In this document: positions 47,105 to 53,579 of the stretch, one piece after another
Layout of the letters: every line of letters starts with the position of its first letter
How positions within the stretch are numbered: the first letter of the stretch is position 1
From: Planctomycetota bacterium
Lineage (GTDB): Bacteria; Planctomycetota; UBA1135; UBA2386
Assembly: GCA_020849665.1 (NCBI GenBank)
Contig: JADLFX010000020.1
Span: 1 to 53,579, forward strand
Direction: 5' to 3'
DNA: 53,579 bases
The notes under the pieces: model-generated
Told to the model about the DNA's origin: nothing
Databases searched by the model: none
What the model saw: the letters and a program-made list of their open reading frames with translations, nothing else
Program-made: the position numbers and the translations under genes

Positions 47105-48289
47105 ATGTCCTCCCGCAGCTTCGACGTGGTCGTGATCGGCGCCGGCATCGTCGGCTGCGCGGTCGCCTGCTGGTGCGCCCGGGCCGGGCTCCGCGTGCTG
47201 GTGCTGGAGCGCGACGGCGTGGCGACCGGGACCAGCGGCGCATGCATGGGCCACATCATGGTCAACCCCGAGCCGGAGCCGCTCTACCGGCTGACCCGGC
47301 GCAGCGTCACGCTCTGGCAGGAGCTGCGCGACCGGCACCCCGAGCTGCACTACCTGGCCTGCGGCGCGCTGTGGCTGGCCGAGAGCGATGCAGACCTGCC
47401 CCTCCTGCAGGGGCTCGACCGGGCGATCGCAGGCCATGGCGACCGGGCCTGGTTGCTCGACGCCAGGGAGCTCCACCGCCGCGAGCCGGCGCTGGCCCCG
47501 GATCTGCCCGGCGCGTGGTTCTATCCCGACGACGCCGTGGTCCTGCCCATGCAGGCATGCGGCGTGCTGCTGGGCGAGGCCGTGCGCCTCGGCGCCACAG
47601 TGTGCACGCACACGCCCGCCACCGGGGTGCGCCTGGGTCCCGGGTCGCGGATCGAGGCGGTGCGCACGCCCGAGGGCGAGGTGGCCACGGCGCACGTCGT
47701 GGTCGCCGCCGGCGTGTGGACTCCCGCCGTGCATCGCCAGCTCGGGCTGCCGCCCGTCCCGATCTTCCCGCGCCGCGGCGACCTCGCGATCACCGCGCCC
47801 TTCGCCACCCCCGTCCACACCCAGCTCCTGGAGGTCGCCTACCTGCGCACCGCCACCGGCAAGACCATCGACCCCGAGGGCAGCGAACCCGACCCCGGCG
47901 CCAACGCGATGAACGTGCAGCCGCAGACGCACGGCACCTGCCTGATCGGGATGACGCGCCAGTTCGGCGGCCTGGACCGCACGCTGCACCCGGAACTGCT
48001 GCAGCGCTCGTTGGCGCGCGCCGCGCGCTTCGTGCCGGCGCTGCTCGACGCCCCGGTGGTGCGCACCTGGGCGGGGCTGCGGCCGTACACCAAGGACAAG
48101 CTGCCCTTCGTGGGGCCGGTGCCCGAGATCCCCGGGCTGCACCTCGCAGCCGGCCACGAGGGACTCGGCATCACGCTCGCGCCGGTGACCGGCGAGCTGG
48201 TCGCCCAGGCGATCACCGGGCAGGCACCGTCCCTGCCGATGGCGCCGTTGGGGCTGGCGCGTGGCGCCGCGGGAGCCCGCCATGGCTGA
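47105..48289 (+). CDS. FAD-dependent oxidoreductase of the DAO family (HcnC / opine-oxidase subunit B / sarcosine-oxidase beta-like).
   Basis: Start trimmed to MSSRSFDVVVIGAGIVGCAVA (GxGxxG). 394 aa. The stop overlaps the next start. Confidence 0.8.
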   Translation: MSSRSFDVVVIGAGIVGCAVACWCARAGLRVLVLERDGVATGTSGACMGHIMVNPEPEPLYRLTRRSVTLWQELRDRHPELHYLACGALWLAESDADLPLLQGLDRAIAGHGDRAWLLDARELHRREPALAPDLPGAWFYPDDAVVLPMQACGVLLGEAVRLGATVCTHTPATGVRLGPGSRIEAVRTPEGEVATAHVVVAAGVWTPAVHRQLGLPPVPIFPRRGDLAITAPFATPVHTQLLEVAYLRTATGKTIDPEGSEPDPGANAMNVQPQTHGTCLIGMTRQFGGLDRTLHPELLQRSLARAARFVPALLDAPVVRTWAGLRPYTKDKLPFVGPVPEIPGLHLAAGHEGLGITLAPVTGELVAQAITGQAPSLPMAPLGLARGAAGARHG

Positions 48290-48593
48290 GGCCCCCGGTC
48301 CACGACTGCGTCCGGAGTCCGCGCGCGGCCCGCGCGTCCGCCTCACCTGCGACGGCGTGCCCGTCGAGGCACACCCGGGCGAGACCGTCGCGATGGCCCT
48401 GTGGGCGGCGGACCGGCGCACCCTGCGGCGCTCGACCCGTCTGGGGGCACCGCGCGGCGTGTTCTGCAACATGGGGATCTGCTTCGAGTGCCTCGTGCGC
48501 ATCGACGGCCACGCTACGCGTGCGTGCCTCGCGGAGGTCCGCGACGGCATGCGCGTCGAGACCATCGGGCCCGCTCCGGAGGCGGGCGCATGA
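48261..48593 (+). CDS. Small [2Fe-2S]-binding protein (HcnA / opine-oxidase small-subunit-like). The start may be Met8 at 48282.
   Basis: Cys cluster CNMGICFEC...C typical of the HcnA-type 2Fe-2S domain. About 103-110 aa. Confidence 0.7.
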   Translation: MAPREPAMAEAPGPRLRPESARGPRVRLTCDGVPVEAHPGETVAMALWAADRRTLRRSTRLGAPRGVFCNMGICFECLVRIDGHATRACLAEVRDGMRVETIGPAPEAGA

Positions 48594-49993
48594 CCCGCAC
48601 GCACGCAGCCGACGTGGCCGTGATCGGTGCCGGGCCCGCGGGTCTGGCCGCGGCGCTGGCGGCCCGGCAGGCGGGCGCCGTGGTGACGATCCTGGACGAG
48701 GGGGCCCGGCCCGGCGGGCAGATCTTCCGCCAGCTCCCCGCGGCGTTCGGCACCATCGGCCAGCCCGCGGCGGACGCGCCGTCGCATGCCCTGGGCCACG
48801 CGCTCCTGCACGACGTGGAAGCCAGCGGCGTGCCGGTGCTGGCGCGCGTCACCGTGTTCGAGGCCCGGCCGGGCGCGCTCGCGTACGAACGGGACGGCGA
48901 GGTCGGCGTGGTGCGGGCCAAGGCGATCGTGCTGGCCACGGGCGCGTATGACCGCTCGGTGCCCTTCCCCGGCTGGACGCTGCCGGGCGTGGTGACCGCG
49001 GGCGCGGCCCAGGTGATGGTGCGCGGCCAGATGCTGCGGCCCGGCACGCGCGCGGTGGTGGCGGGCACCGGCCCGCTCCTGCTGCCCACGCTCACCGCGT
49101 TGCAGGCCGCGGGCGTGCGCGTCGTCGCGGCCCTGGAGGCGGCGCCGCGCACGGCACTCCTGCGCGGCGTGGGCGCGCTCCTGCGCAGCCGCGCCAAGCG
49201 GCGCGAGGCCTGGCACTACGCGAGGGCGTTCTTGCGTTCCGGCCTGCGCCTGCGGCACGGTTGGACCGTGTTCGCCGCCCACGGCGCCGACCGGGTGGCG
49301 GCGGTGACCATCGGCCGCGTCGATCGCACCGGGCGGCCACGGCGCGACCACGAGCAGCGCCTGGAGGCCGACCTCGTGTGCGTGGGCTTCGGCCTCGAGC
49401 CCTCCAACGAGCTGGCACGGCGCCTGCGTTGCACGATGCTGCGCGGTCCCGACGGCTCCTGGGTACCCCAGGTCGACGCGCGCATGGCCACCAGCGTGGC
49501 CGGGGTGTTCGCCGCGGGCGAGGTGGTGGGCATCGGCGGCGTCGACACGGCCCGCGCCGAAGGTCATCTCGCCGGGCTTGCCGCGGCGGCACACGCCGGC
49601 TGGACCGTGGCGCCCGAGCGCTTCGCGCAGGCCGAGGCGGAGCGCGTCCGCGAACGCGCGGTGAGCCGCACGCTCCTGGCCGCGTTCCCCGTGCTGCCCG
49701 GGCTCTACGAGCTGGCCGCGCCGGACACCCTCGTGTGCCGCTGCGAGGACGTGCGCCTGCGCGAGGTGCGGGAGGCTGCGGCGCTCTTCGGCCCCGAGCT
49801 GCGCACCCTGAAGATGGCCACGCGCGCGGGCATGGGGCCCTGCCAGGGGCGGATCTGCGCCAGCATCCTGGAGGGAGTCCTGGCCTCCCGGCTCGGCGTG
49901 GATCCACACCGCCATGCCTGTCCGGCCGCGCAAGTCCCGGTGAAACCGGTGGCTGCGCGCTGCCTCCTCGAGGCGCTCCGCGAGCTCGGCTGA
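48590..49993 (+). CDS. FAD/NAD(P)-binding oxidoreductase with a BFD-like [2Fe-2S] domain (HcnB / opine-oxidase subunit A-like).
   Basis: Start trimmed to MTRTHAADVAVIGAGPAGLAAALAA (ATGA overlap). Second dinucleotide site VVAGTGPLL. CRCEDV...GMGPCQGRIC is a BFD-like Cys motif. Confidence 0.8.
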   Translation: MTRTHAADVAVIGAGPAGLAAALAARQAGAVVTILDEGARPGGQIFRQLPAAFGTIGQPAADAPSHALGHALLHDVEASGVPVLARVTVFEARPGALAYERDGEVGVVRAKAIVLATGAYDRSVPFPGWTLPGVVTAGAAQVMVRGQMLRPGTRAVVAGTGPLLLPTLTALQAAGVRVVAALEAAPRTALLRGVGALLRSRAKRREAWHYARAFLRSGLRLRHGWTVFAAHGADRVAAVTIGRVDRTGRPRRDHEQRLEADLVCVGFGLEPSNELARRLRCTMLRGPDGSWVPQVDARMATSVAGVFAAGEVVGIGGVDTARAEGHLAGLAAAAHAGWTVAPERFAQAEAERVRERAVSRTLLAAFPVLPGLYELAAPDTLVCRCEDVRLREVREAAALFGPELRTLKMATRAGMGPCQGRICASILEGVLASRLGVDPHRHACPAAQVPVKPVAARCLLEALRELG

Positions 49994-50092
49994 GCCCAGC
50001 CTCGAGTCGCGCCTCGGGTCGTGCGCCCGGCGTGTCACGCGGCCCCATCCCGGACCATGCAGCGGGAGACCCGTAACTCGCGGAGGTCCACC

Positions 50093-50962
50093 ATGCGCCG
50101 TCCACTCGTGTCGTTCGCCGCTCTCCTCGCCGCCTGCCTCGCCACGGTCCCGCTTCCCGGGCAGGACGAGGCCAAGGCCGCGCCCCCGCCCCTGCCTGCG
50201 CAGCTCGGGGTGTTCCCCAAGGCGATGTACGCGGCGCGGGCCGACCTGGACGCGGAGCTGAAGCTCACGGCCGAGCAGCGCGAAGCGGTGGCGCGGGCAG
50301 CCGAGGCCGAGCTGCGCGCCCTGGCCGAGGCCGAGGCCGCGGGCGAGGCCGCGGGCGCCGGCGACGCGGAGGCCGCCGCCGCACTGGCGCAGGCACGCAC
50401 GCGCGCCGCCGCGGCGATCCGCGACGCCCTCGCCCCGCTCCTCGACCCGGCGCAGCGCGCCACCGTGGTGCGGATCGCGGAGGTGCATCGCCACGCCCTC
50501 GCCCAGGTCACCCTGGAGCTGGCGCGCCGCCGCGGCCGCCCGCAGGACGCACAGGATCCGGTGTTCCAGGCGCGGGTGGCGAGCCTGGTCGAGAAGGACC
50601 CACGACCCCTCGTGCCGGCGTGCCGCGCGCTGTTGGCGGAGCTGGAGAGCGACGCCGAGCTGGAGCGCGAGCTGGGTCGGCTGAGCGCGGACCAGGCGTC
50701 GGGACGAGACGCGCCCAAGGAGGGCGCGGCCCAGGCGGGCACGTCCCGCCCGCAGCCGCCGGCGAAGGGCGACTCGTTCCTGGACGGCGTCCTGCGCGCC
50801 GCCGCCGAGCCGCTGGCCCAGGCGGCGGCCGAGAAAGCCGCCAAGGCCGCGGCCCGGAAGGGCCGCAAGGACGACGCGCGCGGCGCGCTCGCCCGCGAGA
50901 CCACCGAGGCGGCCACCCGCGCGCTCCTGGAAGAGCTCCTGCGCGGCGCGCGCGGCCGGTAG
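50093..50962 (+). CDS. Secreted Ala/Glu/Arg-rich periplasmic protein, possibly CpxP/Spy-like (LTxEQ motif).
   Basis: Start trimmed to MRRPLVSFAALLAACLATVP (signal peptide). LTAEQREAVARAAEAEL repeats. Low complexity, so confidence is moderate. Confidence 0.5.
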   Translation: MRRPLVSFAALLAACLATVPLPGQDEAKAAPPPLPAQLGVFPKAMYAARADLDAELKLTAEQREAVARAAEAELRALAEAEAAGEAAGAGDAEAAAALAQARTRAAAAIRDALAPLLDPAQRATVVRIAEVHRHALAQVTLELARRRGRPQDAQDPVFQARVASLVEKDPRPLVPACRALLAELESDAELERELGRLSADQASGRDAPKEGAAQAGTSRPQPPAKGDSFLDGVLRAAAEPLAQAAAEKAAKAAARKGRKDDARGALARETTEAATRALLEELLRGARGR

Positions 50963-51075
50963 CGCGCCGCCGGTAGCTCGCGCCCGGGCGCGCACGCCAG
51001 GCGTGGCCCGGCGCGCGCGCGCGCCGTGCAGGGCACCCCGGCCGCGGGTATGACTGCGCGTTCCGGAGTCCTCTC

Positions 51076-52365
51076 ATGCGCATCCCGTTCGCCTGGTTCC
51101 TGGTCGCGTGCGCGGCGCTCCCCGCGCAGGAAGACAAGCCCAATACCCTCACCAAGGAGGAACAGGAGCAGGGCTTCCGCCTGCTCTTCGACGGCACCTC
51201 CCCGCGCGGCTGGCGCGGCTTCCGCAAGGCCGCCTTCCCCGAGAAGGGCTGGGTCGTGGAGGACGGTGCGCTCAAGGTGCAGGCCAGAGGTGGCGGCGGC
51301 GACCTGGTCCACACCGACGGCTACAGCCACTTCGACCTCCGCCTGCAGTGGAAGGTGAGCGCGGGCGCCAACAGCGGGGTCATGTACCGCGTGTCCGAGC
51401 GCGAGAACGCGCCGTGGCGCACCGGGCCCGAGTACCAGATCCTCGACGACGGTGGTCACCCCGACGGCAAGGACCCGCGCACTGCCGCGGGCTCGCTCTA
51501 CGCCCTGGTCGCCGGCAAGGACAAGACGCTCAAGCCGGTGGGCGAGTGGAACGACGCCCGCATCGTGGTCGACGGCCGGCGCGTCGAGCACTGGCTGAAC
51601 GGCCGCCAGCTCCTCGCCATCGACCTCGGCGGCGACGAGTGGAAGCGGCTGGTCGCGGCCAGCAAGTTCAAGGACATGCCCGGCTTCGGGCGCGAGCCCA
51701 GCGGCCTGATCTGCCTGCAGGATCACGGCGACGAGGTGTGGTTCCGCAGCATCCGGATCCGCGAGATCCCCGCACGCGAACGCGCCGCCGAGCCGATCGT
51801 GCTCTTCAACGGCAAGGACCTCAGCGGCTGGACGGCGCACCTGCCGGACGGCGCGCCGATGGCGGACGTGTGGTCGGTGAGCCGGGACGGAGAGCTGGTG
51901 TGCAAGGGCAGGCCGGCCGGCTACATCCGCACCGAGAAGGACTACACCAGCTTCATCCTGGAGCTGGAGTGGCGTTGGCCCGGCGAGCCCGGCAACAGCG
52001 GCGTGCTCTTCCGCATGCAGGGCCAGGACAAGGTGTGGCCCAAGAGCATCGAGGCGCAGCTGCAGTCCGGGAACGCAGGGGACTTCTGGAACATCGACGA
52101 CTTCGCCATGAAGGCCGCGCCCGAGCGGACCAAGGGGCGCAACACCAAGAAGACCCACGCCAGCGAGAAGCCCCCCGGCGAGTGGAACCGCTACCGCATC
52201 ACCGTCGACGGCCCGCGCGTGGTCCTGGAGGTGAACGGACAGGTCGTGAACGAGGCCAACGAGTGCGCGGTCCTGCCCGGCAAGGTCTGCCTGCAGTCGG
52301 AGGGCGCCGAGATCCACTTCCGCAACATCCGCCTCACGCCGCTGGAAGCATCCGCCGGGAAGTAG
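51076..52365 (+). CDS. Secreted protein with two tandem DUF1080 (3-keto-disaccharide hydrolase-like) domains.
   Basis: Signal peptide MRIPFAWFLVACAALPAQE. The GFRLLFDGTSPRGWRGF...LICLQDHGDEVWFRSIRIREI block appears twice (second copy IVLFNGKDLSGWTAH...VCLQSEGAEIHFRNIRLTPL). Confidence 0.8.
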   Translation: MRIPFAWFLVACAALPAQEDKPNTLTKEEQEQGFRLLFDGTSPRGWRGFRKAAFPEKGWVVEDGALKVQARGGGGDLVHTDGYSHFDLRLQWKVSAGANSGVMYRVSERENAPWRTGPEYQILDDGGHPDGKDPRTAAGSLYALVAGKDKTLKPVGEWNDARIVVDGRRVEHWLNGRQLLAIDLGGDEWKRLVAASKFKDMPGFGREPSGLICLQDHGDEVWFRSIRIREIPARERAAEPIVLFNGKDLSGWTAHLPDGAPMADVWSVSRDGELVCKGRPAGYIRTEKDYTSFILELEWRWPGEPGNSGVLFRMQGQDKVWPKSIEAQLQSGNAGDFWNIDDFAMKAAPERTKGRNTKKTHASEKPPGEWNRYRITVDGPRVVLEVNGQVVNEANECAVLPGKVCLQSEGAEIHFRNIRLTPLEASAGK

Positions 52366-52399
52366 ACGGGGCGGCGCCGCATGCGGCGCGACGTAGTCT

Positions 52400-52500
52400 G
52401 CGTGGCGCGCGTCGTCCGCGCGGCCCGGGTGGCGCGCGTCGCCCGCGCGGCCCGGGTGGCGCGCGCAGCCTGCGTAGCCCGCGCGGCCTGGCGCCGGGGG
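52400..52500. repeat. Intergenic GC-rich tandem repeat of about 27 bp, roughly 3 degenerate copies.
   Basis: gtggcgcgcgtcgtccgcgcggcccgg / gtggcgcgcgtcgcccgcgcggcccgg / gtggcgcgcgcagcctgcgtagcccgcgcggcctgg read directly. Overlapping artefact ORFs translate as RAARATRAARATRATRAA. Confidence 0.7.
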
Positions 52501-52557
52501 GCCGGGTCGGCTCCGGCCCTCCCCAAGCGACGGGCCATGGGGTGTGATGGCGGAACC

Positions 52558-53579
52558 ATGCGCGCATCCTCGACCCTCGGGACGATCCCCGCCGCCCTCC
52601 TCCTGGCCGTGGCCGGCACGGCCCAGAATCCAGCCGTCTCCCCCGCCCACTACGCGACCGAAGAAGGCGCGACCACCAGCTCGTTCCCGTTCTCCAACCC
52701 GGTCCGCTACCAGCAGGTGCACGCCGATCTGCGGGGCCCGGCGCGGATCGTGCTGGCGCTCTCGTTCCGCCGCGACGGCATGCTCGGACCGCGCGTGAAC
52801 TTCGCGCCGCGCACGCTGCAACTCGAGGTCCGGATGAGCGAGAGCGACCTGCCGACGATGTCGGCGACGTTCGCCAACAACTATGCGACGCCGGCCAGCG
52901 TGGTGCTGCCCGCGACCTCGCTGACCACGCCGGACTTCGTGGACCAGCCGCGCACCGTGCCGGGGCCGTTCGCGTTCCGCATCCCGCTGCAGGTGCCGTT
53001 CGCCTACACGGGCACCAGGGATCTGCTGTGGGAGGTCGCGGTGACCAGCGCCACGGGAACCGGCACGGCCGTGCCCCTCGACGCGCCGATCTCGGGGTTC
53101 AACCTGGTGACGCCGGGCGCCTACACGATGAACGGGCTCGGGTGCATGGTGCAGGGACTCGAGACCATGCTGCGTGCCAACCACAGCGTGCAGTCCCTGC
53201 CCAACGGCTCGTTCGCGATCTTCGACTTCACCGCCAGCTTCCTGCCGCCGAGCGCCGCGTGCGCGTTCCTGTTCGGCTCCGGCGCGGTGAACCTGCCGGT
53301 GCCCGGCGTGTGCACCAACCTGTACGTGCTGCCGCTCGTCACGCTGAATGGCACCGCCGACGCCACCGGCACGTTCAAGCCGTTCACCGGCGTCCTGCCG
53401 CGGCTGCCGTTCTCGAACGCGATCGTCGGACAGAGCTTCGACGCCCAGGTAGCCGGACTCGACCCAGGCATGACGCCGGTCCCGGTGCGCGTGACCAACG
53501 GCGTCACCGCGCGCATCCCCGCCACTCCGCCGACGCTCACCGGCGTGTTCGGCCGCGTCTACGAGCCCAACAATCCGAA
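52558..53579 (+). CDS. Partial (3'-truncated by the window edge) secreted hypothetical protein, a distant paralogue of 10791-11906.
   Basis: ATG followed by signal peptide MRASSTLGTIPAALLLAVAGTAQ. The frame stays open to the last base. Absent from the ORF track because no stop codon is reached. Confidence 0.55.
   Translation, partial: MRASSTLGTIPAALLLAVAGTAQNPAVSPAHYATEEGATTSSFPFSNPVRYQQVHADLRGPARIVLALSFRRDGMLGPRVNFAPRTLQLEVRMSESDLPTMSATFANNYATPASVVLPATSLTTPDFVDQPRTVPGPFAFRIPLQVPFAYTGTRDLLWEVAVTSATGTGTAVPLDAPISGFNLVTPGAYTMNGLGCMVQGLETMLRANHSVQSLPNGSFAIFDFTASFLPPSAACAFLFGSGAVNLPVPGVCTNLYVLPLVTLNGTADATGTFKPFTGVLPRLPFSNAIVGQSFDAQVAGLDPGMTPVPVRVTNGVTARIPATPPTLTGVFGRVYEPNNP

Noticed and set aside
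47042-50995. A 1317-aa minus-strand ORF.
   Set aside because: Antisense to the three-gene flavoenzyme operon and the Ala-rich protein gene, all of which have clear cofactor motifs or signal peptides. Arg/Gly-rich junk.
51005-51030. A short alternating (GC)n run (ggcgcgcgcgcgcgcc) between genes.
   Set aside because: It is only about 14 bp. Such runs are expected by chance at this GC content. There is no evidence of function.
52381-52500. Possibility that the 27-bp repeats form a CRISPR array.
   Set aside because: The copies are directly adjacent with no unique spacers between them, and no cas genes are present in the window.

Overview
This is a 53.6-kb stretch of a very GC-rich (about 70% or more) bacterial chromosome, densely coding, with many GTG starts and 4-nt start/stop overlaps. 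The gene content would fit a Gemmatimonadota-, Myxococcota- or Planctomycetota-like soil bacterium; the phylum is not resolved. About 45 features are supported.

From the 5' end the window holds, in order:
- A 47-bp (AG)n microsatellite.
- A minus-strand block: secreted beta-propeller protein, five-heme c-type cytochrome, ThuA-DUF1080 fusion, nadE, ispH and an orphan acr3.
- A secreted hypothetical protein whose distant paralogue (about 25% identity, by-eye alignment only) sits at the 3' edge of the window.
- An AtuA-like DUF1446/DUF4387 pair coupled to a Pta/Ptb-like phosphate acyltransferase, then a DUF1211/TMEM175-like protein.
- tRNA-His(GTG) with a GC hairpin downstream.
- An SPFH protein, a ThrE exporter, an RlmN-like radical SAM enzyme and an ECF sigma factor.
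- A Ser/Thr kinase separated from an FGE (formylglycine-generating enzyme) domain ORF by a single in-frame TAG.
- An approximately 11.5-kb minus-strand glycan cluster (described below).
- PPK2, type III glutamine synthetase, galK, a beta-lactamase-like lipoprotein and a BNR sialidase lipoprotein.
- An HcnCAB/opine-oxidase-like three-gene operon, an Ala-rich periplasmic protein, a tandem DUF1080 protein and an intergenic 27-bp tandem repeat.

The most interesting element is the glycan cluster (28587-40057). Its two WecB-DegT-to-deacetylase and SGNH-to-acetoacetyl-CoA-synthetase-like-ligase sub-blocks are separated by a ~336-bp non-coding gap (34835-35171). It joins a WbpB/WbpD/WbpE/WbpI-like (GnnA/GnnB-like) 2,3-diamino-sugar nucleotide pathway, including a WecB-DegT fusion, to a CE4 deacetylase, an FAD amine-oxidase-like enzyme and a Dlt/Alg-like four-component acylation module. 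That module has an MBOAT, a small carrier protein, an SGNH/DltD-like protein and an acetoacetyl-CoA-synthetase-family AMP ligase in the place where DltA would sit.

No CRISPR array, integrase, transposase or toxin-antitoxin genes were recognised.

Coordinates follow the supplied ORF track. Starts I trimmed myself are inferred from signal peptides or conserved N-termini and may be off by a codon, or by 1 nt. Many long Arg/Gly/Ala-rich ORFs on the opposite strand or in off-frames are artefacts of the GC bias and are listed as rejected.
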